A DNA stretch of 64,000 nucleotides from Lachnospiraceae bacterium (GTDB taxonomy: Bacteria > Bacillota > Clostridia > Lachnospirales > Lachnospiraceae), in the NCBI GenBank assembly GCA_021153325.1, contig JAGKTQ010000002.1, positions 22,774-86,773 of the forward strand, given 5' to 3'. Positions 50,322 through 61,100 of this stretch are shown here, piece after piece. The notes below the pieces were generated by a model. The model worked only from the letters and a program-made list of their open reading frames with translations, was not told where the DNA came from and did no database searches. A program made the translations under genes and the position numbers. The first letter of the stretch is position 1. Each line of letters begins with the position of its first letter.

Positions 50322-51671
50322 GTGAAACAAAAGGTGTTTGTAATTCTGTTATGTCTCATGCTCCTTTTGACCGGGTGTTCAGGAAAGGAAACCTATACGG
50401 TGCAGAATGCTTCTGGAATGGCAGAGGGCATGGAAACAGAAGCAGTCATAGATTATGTCGTTCCCCAAAGTTTTCCGGGGATTTTAATAAATCAGGCAGG
50501 ATATGGTGTAGACAGTGCGAAAACTGCTATTTTCCGGGGAGAAAATTTGCCGGAAACTTTTTGTGTATATAATGCGGAAAATGGAAAGAAAGTGTATGAA
50601 GGCACGGTAGAGAGAAAAGGGTATGATGCTGTGACGGGCGAGCGGATTGCGTACGGAACTTTTTCTGATGTGACAATGCCTGGTGAGTATTATGTGGAAG
50701 CGGATATTGTAGGACGTTCCTATACATTTACGATCGGCAATCAGGTATATCGCAAGCTCCTTGAAGCAAATGTACAGCATCTTTATGAAGGACTGCAGGG
50801 GAAAACGACACTGACCGAAGAAGAGACAAAGGAAAGCAGCAAGGCACTTATGAATAGTTTACTAGCTTGTGAATTGCATGGAACAGCCTTTGATGATGAA
50901 ATGGGTATACCGGAAAGTGGAAATAATGTTCCCGATGTTATTGATGTTTTGTTTGTGCAGGTAAATCTTTTGATGCAGCAGAGTGAAGTTGTGCTGGCTT
51001 CTACAGATTGGGAAATGGTTTCCTATTATGCGGCGGCAATGGCAAAATTTAGTTATACATACAAAGAATATGACAGTGTATTTGCTACGTCCTGTTTGCA
51101 GCTTGCTGATATGGTGTGGAAATATATGGAGAAAAATGCAGACAGCATAGATGAAGATATGCGTTTTATGGTGGCAGCAGAATTGTATCGCGCCTCGGGT
51201 GCACAACGTTATCATACTTATATCAAACAATATGGTGCAGTAGAAGAACTGGAAAGCCGGGAAGCTATATATGGTGCAGTGACTTACGTTTCTACAAAAC
51301 AGTCTGTAGATATAGAACTATGTAATGTCTTTATGAAAGAGATCATGTCGGAAGCAGAAGACAGTGCAGCACGCTCCAAAGAGTCTTACTATCAGGTCTC
51401 TTTAAGTGAAAAACAGGATAATCATGAGGATATTATGTGGGACATGATCATGCTCACTATCGTTGACAAGGTAATTTCCAATCATGAGTATGCAACCGTC
51501 ATTGAAAACAATCTACATTATTTTTTAGGACGAAATCCTAAGGCAGTCAGTTTTGTAAATGGTGTTGGCGATTATAGCTGTACAGAGGAGAAACTGCAGT
51601 CTATCATGGATGGCGGTTTTGAAGAAAGTGCACTTCTCTTTATGCTGAGTGAAATAAACGATACAGTATAG
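50322..51671 (+). CDS. Lipoprotein with a GH9-type N-terminal Ig-like (CelD_N-like) domain and a truncated GH9-like (alpha/alpha)6 region lacking recognisable catalytic motifs
   Basis: Lipobox LLLTGC with a GTG start. The blocks ILINQAGYGVDSAKTAIF...FCVYNAENGKKVYEGTV...GTFSDVTMPGEYYVEADIVGRSYTFTIG match the Ig-like domain pattern. The blocks VPDVIDVLFVQVNLLMQQ, AAAMAKFSYTYKEYDSVFATSCLQLADMVWKY, AAELYRASGAQRY and HYFLGRNPKAVSFVNGVG parallel GH9 helices. I find no DAGD or HHR/NE motifs. Confidence 0.55.
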   Translation: MKQKVFVILLCLMLLLTGCSGKETYTVQNASGMAEGMETEAVIDYVVPQSFPGILINQAGYGVDSAKTAIFRGENLPETFCVYNAENGKKVYEGTVERKGYDAVTGERIAYGTFSDVTMPGEYYVEADIVGRSYTFTIGNQVYRKLLEANVQHLYEGLQGKTTLTEEETKESSKALMNSLLACELHGTAFDDEMGIPESGNNVPDVIDVLFVQVNLLMQQSEVVLASTDWEMVSYYAAAMAKFSYTYKEYDSVFATSCLQLADMVWKYMEKNADSIDEDMRFMVAAELYRASGAQRYHTYIKQYGAVEELESREAIYGAVTYVSTKQSVDIELCNVFMKEIMSEAEDSAARSKESYYQVSLSEKQDNHEDIMWDMIMLTIVDKVISNHEYATVIENNLHYFLGRNPKAVSFVNGVGDYSCTEEKLQSIMDGGFEESALLFMLSEINDTV

Positions 51672-51768
51672 AGCATTTTTTACAATGTGAAAAGCATAAA
51701 TTTATATTCTGTAGAAGAATAAGTGCTGATATAATGAAAATAATAAGCGGTTATATAGGAGGTTTCAT

Positions 51769-52794
51769 ATGAAGATCGTAGTATTAGCGGGTGGAATTAG
51801 TACAGAAAGAGATGTTTCCCTGATTTCAGGAACTATGATATATAGAGCGTTAAAAGAAAAAGGACATCAAGTCATTTTGTTGGATGTGTTTTTAGGTTAC
51901 GCAGGAAATACAGCAGATATTTTTGAAAGAGACGAAGATTGGGCAAAAGAAATTGAAGGCATTAAAGAAGAAAACCCAGATATTGAAAAAGTAAAAGCGA
52001 TGCGTCCGGATGGGGATAAGATTTTCTTTGGACCAAACGTTATTTCCATTTGCCAGAGTGCAGATGTAGTATTCATGGCACTTCACGGAGAAAACGGAGA
52101 GAACGGAAAAATTCAGGCATGCTTTGATCTGATGGGAATTAAATATACGGGAACGGATTATGTCAGCTCCGCTCTTTGTATGGATAAAGGTCTTACGAAA
52201 GAGCTGTTTGAACTGCACGGTGTTCCAACTCCAAAAGGAATCTGTTTAAAGAAAGGACAGCAAGATAAACGGGAAGTACCGCTTCCTTGTGTGGTAAAAG
52301 CATGCTGTGGCGGTTCCAGTGTAGGGGTGTGCATTGCTTCTAACGAGAGTGAATACGAAAAGGCAAAAGAGGAAGCCTTCCGTTATGACAATGAAGTTGT
52401 TATTGAACAATACATTAAAGGACGGGAATTTTCTGTAGGTGTAATAGAAGGAAGGGCATTGCCGATTATTGAAATTGCGCCGATCAGCGGTTTTTACGAT
52501 TATAAAAATAAATATCAGGCAGGCAGTACGATCGAAACCTGTCCGGCAGAGCTTAGTGAAGAGAAAACAAAGGAAATGCAAAAATATGCAGAAGATGCTT
52601 TCCGTGTACTTCGATTAAAAAATTACGCCCGCATGGATTTCATGATGAGCGAAAAAGGAGAGCTTTACTGTTTAGAGGCAAATACACTGCCAGGAATGAC
52701 ACCGACCTCCCTTCTCCCACAAGAAGCGCAGGCAGAAGGTACTTCTTATGGAGATTTGTGCGAAGAACTTATTCGGATTTCATTGGAGGGATAA
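51769..52794 (+). CDS. ddl: D-alanine--D-alanine ligase
   Basis: MKIVVLAGGISTERDVSLISG N-terminus, ATP-grasp core, FYDYKNKYQAGS omega-loop region, C-terminal EANTLPGMTPTSLLP. Confidence 0.93.
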   Translation: MKIVVLAGGISTERDVSLISGTMIYRALKEKGHQVILLDVFLGYAGNTADIFERDEDWAKEIEGIKEENPDIEKVKAMRPDGDKIFFGPNVISICQSADVVFMALHGENGENGKIQACFDLMGIKYTGTDYVSSALCMDKGLTKELFELHGVPTPKGICLKKGQQDKREVPLPCVVKACCGGSSVGVCIASNESEYEKAKEEAFRYDNEVVIEQYIKGREFSVGVIEGRALPIIEIAPISGFYDYKNKYQAGSTIETCPAELSEEKTKEMQKYAEDAFRVLRLKNYARMDFMMSEKGELYCLEANTLPGMTPTSLLPQEAQAEGTSYGDLCEELIRISLEG

Positions 52795-52795
52795 T

Positions 52796-54190
52796 ATGAA
52801 AAATATGACATTGGTGTCGGTTGCAGAAAGCTGTCATGGCATTTTGCATCAGGCAGAAGCCGATTTAACAAAATGTGCAGCTGGTGTAGTACTGGATTCC
52901 AGAAAAGTAGAAAAGGATTTCCTTTTTATTGCCACAAAAGGAGAGCGTGTGGATGGACACGACTTCATTCCACAGGTTATGGAAAAAGGGGCTCTTGCCG
53001 TTGTATGTGAAAAAGCGCCGGAGGATGAAACGATACCTTATATTTTGGTCAAAGATTCTTTTCAGGCTTTGAAAGATATTGCGGAATATTACAGACAGCA
53101 GCTGTCAGTAAAAGTAGTTGGGATTACGGGAAGTGTAGGAAAGACAAGTACAAAAGAATTTATTGCAGGTGTGCTTTCTGAAAAGTACAATGTGCTGAAG
53201 ACCGAAGGAAATTTCAACAATGAAGTTGGACTTCCGCTTACTGTACTGCGGATAAAAGAAGAGCACGAGGTTGCTGTATTGGAAATGGGAATCAGTGATT
53301 TTGGTGAGATGCACCGCTTAAGTAAAATCGCAAAACCTGATATTTGTGTCATGACTAATATTGGACAGTGTCATTTGGAATTTCTTGGAACAAGAGACGG
53401 TATTCTGAAAGCCAAGTCGGAAATTTTTGATTTTGCAAAGGAGGATGCGTCAGTTTTTGTAAATGGGGATGATGATAAACTCATTACTGTTCCGGAAAGA
53501 AACGGAAAGATGCCTGTACGTTTTGGCTTAAATGAAGAAAATGATGTATATGCTACTGAAGTTGAAAACAGAGGTCTGTTTGGAAGCGAAGCAAACATTC
53601 ATATAAAAAAGACAGATGGAACAGAGGATTGCTTCCAAGTATCCGTTCCACTTCCGGGTGGACATATGGTATACAATGCGTTGGCAGCCGCCGGTGTGGC
53701 AGTGGAATTAGGACTTAGCACGGAGCAGATTCAGGCAGGTATTTCCACTGTAAAACCGGTGGGCGGAAGAAGCAATATTATCCGTGCTGAAAAATATACG
53801 CTGATCGACGATTGTTACAATGCAAATCCAGTGTCTATGGAAGCCGCTATTGATCTTTTGGGCATGGCACTTACGAGAAAAGTTGCTGTATTAGGCGATA
53901 TGTTTGAACTTGGCGAAAACTCCGACGCGTTGCATGAGCGGGTTGGAAAATATGCAGTGGAGCATGGTGTAGATGTGTTGATCTGTGTAGGTGCAAATTC
54001 AAAATTCATGTATGAAGCTGCCGGAAAGAAAAAAGAAGAAATGCATGGTGTAACAGAACTTTATTATTTTGCTGCAAAAGCGGAATTGGAATCGGCGATA
54101 GAAAGCATTTTGAACGAAAAAGATACTGTACTGATCAAAGCATCTCATGGAATGGGATTTGATACGGTCGTAAAAAAGCTGTCAATATGA
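52796..54190 (+). CDS. murF: UDP-N-acetylmuramoyl-tripeptide--D-alanyl-D-alanine ligase. Start at ATG 52796, 1 nt after the ddl stop
   Basis: Mur-ligase P-loop GITGSVGKTSTKEFI and DCYNANPVSMEAAI. ddl-murF is the conserved gene pair. Confidence 0.92.
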   Translation: MKNMTLVSVAESCHGILHQAEADLTKCAAGVVLDSRKVEKDFLFIATKGERVDGHDFIPQVMEKGALAVVCEKAPEDETIPYILVKDSFQALKDIAEYYRQQLSVKVVGITGSVGKTSTKEFIAGVLSEKYNVLKTEGNFNNEVGLPLTVLRIKEEHEVAVLEMGISDFGEMHRLSKIAKPDICVMTNIGQCHLEFLGTRDGILKAKSEIFDFAKEDASVFVNGDDDKLITVPERNGKMPVRFGLNEENDVYATEVENRGLFGSEANIHIKKTDGTEDCFQVSVPLPGGHMVYNALAAAGVAVELGLSTEQIQAGISTVKPVGGRSNIIRAEKYTLIDDCYNANPVSMEAAIDLLGMALTRKVAVLGDMFELGENSDALHERVGKYAVEHGVDVLICVGANSKFMYEAAGKKKEEMHGVTELYYFAAKAELESAIESILNEKDTVLIKASHGMGFDTVVKKLSI

Positions 54191-54200
54191 CAGCTTTTTT
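54173..54200. terminator. Bidirectional terminator between the convergent murF and plsC genes; it overlaps the murF stop
   Basis: AAAAAGCTGTCA-ATA-TGACAGCTTTTTT, a palindromic hairpin flanked by an A-run and a T-run. Confidence 0.75.
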
Positions 54201-54217
54201 AGTTTCTTAATTCCACT

Positions 54218-54958
54218 TTATGAATAATATTTTTCTTTATTTCTAAAATAGGCTTCTGAAATAATTTTCTGCGTGTAGGCTCCTACAAATTTCTGGTCTT
54301 CCTTGTCTAAATCTTTCATATAAAATGGCTTGCAGTATTCCACAACCACATGCGCTTTTTTGATTTTAGGAAAATGATCTTCTAAAATAGAGGAACTGTT
54401 GTTGATGCTGATCGGAACGACCGGACAGCCACTTTTTTGAGCAAGCTTGAAACTGCCTTCATGGAATGGAAGAAAAGTATCCGCCTGTTTGTTTCTTGTT
54501 CCTTCTGGGAAAATACAGATAGAAATGCCGGATTTTATTTTTTCAATTCCAGTTAAAATGGTCTTCATACCCTTCTTAATATCATCTCTGTCCAAGAATA
54601 AACAGTGCAGATTTCTCATCCACTGATTCAGAAGAGGTATCTTTTCGATTTCGACCTTGGAAACATAACCGGTTGGTCTTGGAACTCTCACATATGTAAT
54701 GAGAATGTCGAAAATACTGCGATGGTTACCCACATATAAAACAGCCGTATCCTTTGGTACATTTTCTTCGCCGATCACAGTGACCTTTGTACCTGCTATA
54801 AAAAGAACACAGCGAAATGCCCAGTTTACAATGGCAAGCGAACTTTTATTTTTGGCATCCATATTAAATTTTCCAATGAGCCATTCTATAAAAAATAAAG
54901 GAATGGAACAAATAAGAAATATGACAACAAATACTACAGCTAAAATAAGTCGAATCAT
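54218..54958 (-). CDS. plsC: 1-acyl-sn-glycerol-3-phosphate acyltransferase
   Basis: N-terminal TM, HX4D acyltransferase motif VGNHRSIFDI, and FPEGTRN block. Confidence 0.88.
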   Translation of the reverse strand: MIRLILAVVFVVIFLICSIPLFFIEWLIGKFNMDAKNKSSLAIVNWAFRCVLFIAGTKVTVIGEENVPKDTAVLYVGNHRSIFDILITYVRVPRPTGYVSKVEIEKIPLLNQWMRNLHCLFLDRDDIKKGMKTILTGIEKIKSGISICIFPEGTRNKQADTFLPFHEGSFKLAQKSGCPVVPISINNSSSILEDHFPKIKKAHVVVEYCKPFYMKDLDKEDQKFVGAYTQKIISEAYFRNKEKYYS

Positions 54959-55183
54959 AATATTTACCTTCTTTTTTGATTTTGCAAGTTACAGAGAAAT
55001 ATTTCCATAACATATTTATTATATCTGACTAAAAAGGGGAAAGCAATACAATGTTCAAAAACACATAAACTGCCAAAATGTACTGTATCCATTTATGGGT
55101 CATTATGGTAAAATAGATAAGATAGAGAGTACATTTATATTTATCGTATATATTGCAAACTGGGTGAATAAGGAGGAAACGCA

Positions 55184-58100
55184 ATGAAAAAGAGAGTGAT
55201 GGCGTTTATGCTATGCATGGCGATGATATTAGGGGATACGTCATATGCATTTGCCGCAGAAACATCTGACAGCGCAGCAACCACTCAGACCACGGATTCC
55301 CAGCAGGTGACAGAAACAACTTCTGGGGAAACGGACAACCAGACAGGCGAAGATACACAGCAAAGCCAGTCTGATGAAAATACAAAAGAAGAAAATACGG
55401 CGGATGAAAGTCAGACGGGCGTGACACAGCCGAGTGAGTCACAAACAGACGAGTCACAAACGGGTGAATCACAGCCAAACGAATCACAGCCTGAGGAAAG
55501 CCAGTCTGAAGAAGAGAGTAGTGAGGTTTCGGAGTCTGTAGAGGAATCCGGAGAAGAGGAGTCAACGACAGAAGAAACATTAACAGAAGAGTTCCTGGAG
55601 CCGATTCTTGATGGGGCAGATGGAGAAAATGTAGAAGATGTAGAAGATGCAAGTGTTCGTGTAGAGCAAAAACAGAATGACGAATGGATCGGTAAGGAGT
55701 ATGATTCTCTTGACAGTGCCATTGCTGGATTGACAACAGATTTTGGCGGAAAAGAGACAGATTACACCATTACCTTTTTGACGGACACGACATTGACAAA
55801 GAATGTGACGATTCCATCCTTTGTAAAACAGTTGAACTTAAATGCAAATGAAAACCGGACAGGGGAAGGAACGTTAGAATCCGTTACAGCGGTAACCTTA
55901 GATTTTAATAATTATTCCATGACCATACCGGGTACAGCGAGTATACAGGAAGGTTTGTATATTACAAACAGTGCAACGGGAGCAAACAAGAGCAATCTGA
56001 CAGTGAATAGTGCAGATGTAGAGAATGAGAGCTGTGCTTTGAATCTGGTAGGCAGAGATGCGGGTATTAAGTTTGTAGATTGCGATGGAAATGAAGTACA
56101 GGATAGAGCAAGCAGAGAGTTTATTAGTAAGATCAATGTGGTAGTTGCAAACGGTACGATATGGTTTGGTGCAGAAAAGGAAGGCACTTATAAGATTCGT
56201 AGTTCTATGAATGCAAAAAGCGTGTATGTATGTGAAGGAACAGAGGCAGAGCTTACTGCACTTACTCTCACAGGTGGACGGGCAGACATTGGTGGAGTGT
56301 GCGACGTCGATGTCATGACTATGAGCAATGCCAAACTTTATGTAGAAGAACAGGCAACCTTTTGTGCAGATTCTATCACAGTCAAAACACCCTATGTATT
56401 TGATGTGATAGGAGACTACACGATAGAGAACCTCGGAAGTTTTACTGTGAGTACCCTTACTATGCCATCCGGCAGCTTCTATAATGAGGGTACTGCAAAG
56501 GGAACAAAATGGATTATGACAAGTGCCACGATCCGTAATAATGGCGAGTTGGATTTAGACGATACCTTGGATATGTCTAAAGGTACTTTTTATAATGGTG
56601 ACAGAGAGCATAAAGCGAATGCGGTAGTTACAAATGTAAAATCCATGAAGGATTTTTATAATACAGAAGTGTACTATTATAAGGAAGATGCCTTAAACAA
56701 AGATGGAAGCAGCTTTACTGCATATACTTTCACACAAGTAAGTGCAGGAAAAGCATATTTGGAAGCCAACTCGAAAATGTACATCAAACAGTCTGCTGTA
56801 ATTTATAATACCGTGCTTCGTGGTGAATATGGTGATGGCGAACAGGAATGTGCCTATGAATGTGCCTATATTTATCAGAAGGAAAATGCAGCGGTCGCAT
56901 TGGAAGGAAGCGTTACACAGGAGAATGCAAAATTTAAACTAGGTTATGGTATCTTCGATGACGAAGACGGTAATAGTCTTAAGACACTGGACAAAGGAAC
57001 AAAACTGTTTACAACCAAAATTACGACATTTCCAGTTGATTATGTGATGGTACAACAGCCAGAGGAAAGCAGCAATATTGGCGCATACCAACAGGGACAA
57101 GAGATCCGCGTAGGTTCTAACTGTATTACTGTTTATGCACAAAGCGCAGATGGAAGTGAAACGATTGCAATCAGAAGTTTTACAAAATGGGAAGATGCTG
57201 CTACTTATTTGAATAGTTTATCCAATGCATCCATGAGTTATGTCATTGTGCTTACGGAGGATTTGGACATTGGGGGCACACTTACCTTGCCAAAGAGTGC
57301 GTCCAAGGTAGAATTTAGAGGTGATGCTGACAATGGCGGAAGCATTTCTCTTACATATAAAGGGGATATTTCCCTGACAACGAATACCGTATTCCGCAAT
57401 ATTGATCTGCATGCACAAAATACCAAGACGGGTGCAGAATATTACAGTATTGTGAAATTAAATGGTAAAAATTTAGAGCTTATCAATACCGAAGCAACCT
57501 TTACCTCGATTACGGGAACAACAGCTTCTGATCTGATCATTATGGGGGATGAGGAAAGCAATAGCATTCCAACTGTCACAGTAACTGGTGCGATTTCTAA
57601 TCTGAATACCTTGGAAGTAAACTATGCAGATTGCATCATTGGTAATAATTTAAAAGCAACAAGTGCTGCAATTACCGGTGTAAACTATATTGTCTTAAAG
57701 CAGGCTAATGTGGAGGTTTGGAATGGTTCTGTAACGGTGAAAGTCAATGCTACCTTAGAAGAGTCAGAGCTTTATGTGCATGATACTGGTGCAATTTCTA
57801 TTGCGGGAACAACTACTTTAGAGAGTGGAGTGTTATTGACAGAAGCGGGTAAGATCACATTAAAAGATGTTTGTTCCTTGAATGACAAAAATGCACTTTG
57901 CTATGGTGGTAATACAAGTAAAAATGGGTTGACGATTACGGGCACGGTTTATGGACCGGAAAGCGGTGACTACTATGGCGACAAGAAAGTAGCAAAGAAT
58001 GAAAACAATGTATATGTTACAGTAAACGATACAGTAGAGGGTAACTATATCCGTAAGGCAGCGCTGGAATTAGTAATGTATTCCTTGGAGGATGAAGAAA

Positions 58101-61100
58101 ATCCGGATGGTGTTGTTCTGTTGAGTGCACCAAAAGTACAGGCAGAGTGGTTTGTAGTATGTGATGATAATGGAAATATTACAAGTCTTACCCATAAAGA
58201 GAGCGGCAGCAAGGCAAATACCGCAAACATCTTATATGGTGCATTAGAGGATGCGCGCGTTGTCTTAAAGCAAGGAAATGAGATTTATGGATATTATGCA
58301 ACCTTGCAGGGAGCCTTTGATGAAATTGAACGTATCGGAAATGCAGCTGGCAGCTATATTATAGAGATCAAAGATGATACAGCAACGGATGGAGCAAAGG
58401 AACTGACAACACCGACAAAGGCAGAGTCTATCGAGATTTGTAAGAGTGGAACGGTCGGCGCAGAAAGCGACATTGTAATTTCTTATAAGAGCACGCTGAC
58501 CTTAAAAACAAATCTTACCTTTCAGGATGTTACTCTTGCACCACAGGCTGCGACAAACAAAATGGTATTGAATGATTATCGCTTAGCTTTTGAAGAAGAT
58601 GCAGTTCTTTCCAACGAAGGAAAGTCTACCACAGTTTCCGGAAGCGGTGTGGCAAAAAATTCTTGTCTTTCTATAAGCGAATGTACAGAAGCATTTACTT
58701 TTAGCAGTATGGTAAACGTGGGAGAACTTGCATTAGCAGAAAGTACGACTACGGTGTATGTGAATGGAACAATCAATATTGGTGATGTAGCTGTATCAGG
58801 TAATCCCACTTTGTATGGATTTGCCAAAAAGGTAACGCGTGGTACGAAAGATCCGTACGATATAACAAAAATCGAAACCGACATAAAGATCAATGGCGGA
58901 GTGTATGCCCAGGTGGAGGGAAGCTCGCTTGTACTTGGATTACGTGAAAAGAAAGATGGGGTATATCAGGTAATTGATTTCTACTCTAATGTAGAGGATG
59001 AAGGAAAGCTGGTTGAGAATGGCATACAGCTTGCGTATGCACCGAATGTTTATTCTGATATTGTGAAAGTGGCAACGACAGAGACAGCAGAGAACGGCAG
59101 TGTAATAAAAGAAGGTAATGTTTCTAAAAATGACAGTGGTATCTTAACAAAATCGGGCGGCTATCTGACTTACCGGGATCGTGCAGATTTAGGTGTTATT
59201 CTGTCTTATGAAGATAAAAATGGGGAAACGGTAGAAACATGGTGTCGTACTTTTGCAGAAGCTGTTACAGAGATCAATAACTTAAAGACAAAACGTGATT
59301 ACAATATTCTTTTGTTGAGTGAAACAGAGAATGTATCATATGAGACACCGGCTGTATTGACGATGCCGAACAAAAATTATGTAGATTCCCTGTTTATCAC
59401 AGGCTGGGATAGTGAGAATAGCATTTCAGGAGAGGTGACTCCGGTTACGCTATACTATACTGGAAATATCGTCTTATCTGCAAAGACTATATTAGGTGAT
59501 GTGGACTTTGTGCAGATGACGAAAGTAAACGGAAGCTATGTACGTGTGGACGACGAAGAAGCAAAAGGAGATTATCCATCTGCTATTTCTTTTAGCACAG
59601 CAGGAAATAACCTGACCATAGCTGGTGAAGTTACTTTTAACACACCGGTAAACTTTGCAGGTGCCAATAAGGAAACTTTCCGTATTGCAAATGGTACAGA
59701 ATTGGATGTGATGGATGGTGGAACATCCTATACCGGACAGTTATGTACTGTTACGAATGAAAGCGTAAAAGAAGATGCTGCACAAGGGGAAGGATACATT
59801 CTCGGAAGCATTAGCAAATTTGCAGAAATATACATAGAAGACAATCAAAGCATTACCGTAATACAATATGCGACTGTGCTTTCTAGCGGACAGAAAAAAT
59901 ATACTGCTGCAAAAGTGGAAGCTACTACACTGTACATGGAAGACGGTGCAGTACTGAGTGTCGGTTATTCGGATAACTGCATAGATACGGCAACCCCCAG
60001 TGTGAAATTTACCAATACTTTTATGGAGTCAGAGGGAATGCTGGAAGTGGGCGGAAAGGCAGCTTTCACAAATGTGACACTGGCAGGTGATGAACCATGT
60101 ATCATGGTAACAAATGATTTCAACATTACGGGAACATTGACGAATACTGCGAAAAATGCGACGTTCATCACGGTGCGTAAGGGTGAGAATAAAGCGCCAT
60201 ACTTGAACATCAGCGGTAAGATCATGATGGAAGACGTATCCGCTAACCGCATTACCGTTGAAGTCATGGATTACTATGCTGGTTATGTGGATTACGTGGA
60301 TGGGTATGGTGATATAAGTGGTGTGCCTGCTGCATCTTTGGAAAATGATCCGGAAAAAACAGCTCCAAATGAAACAGCACAGCTTCTTACAGCGAAAAAT
60401 GCAACTGCGAATATGTTTATTCCATCAGAGGATAATGCGGCACAGCGTGGGGAATATAGCGTAGAGAATACAGATGGATACATGGTAAGCAAAACGGGCA
60501 ATAACCTTTATGTATATTATGGAGATGAAGTAGAGGTAGCGTTGGTAGAAGGAATCGAGTACCAAACTTTGTCTGAGGCAGAGGAAAAGGGAGCAGTGCT
60601 TGGTTATTATGCGACCTTTAAAGATGCAGTCAGTGCGATAGAAGCCAAAAAAGACAAAACTGCCACGTATACGCTTTTGCTATTACAAAATGTAGGTGAA
60701 AGTGTCCCTGTAAGCTTAACGATGCCAAAGACAGCGTCCAAAGTCAAAATCTGTGGTGATATAACGGCTGGCGAAGGAAAGGATATTTACTTTACTGGAA
60801 ATCTTACACTTGGCACCCATACAGAATTTGCTCATGTAACATTCCAGCCAGTGAAAAAATCAGGCAGTATCTATGTTGGAAATACTTTCCATATAGCAAA
60901 TGGTGCATTTGCGCTGGAGTTAGTGGATGTGACAATCGGTGAGACGGACAAGATGGCACTCGGTAATGTTACCGGTAACAATAATGGAACACTGACACTG
61001 TCTTCCACAAATCTTGAAGTAAGCGGTGCGGTCACAAAACAAAGTAATATTACCGTTACTGGCAGTAATCAGAAGCCGATCAAAGGGAATGTGCAAAGTA

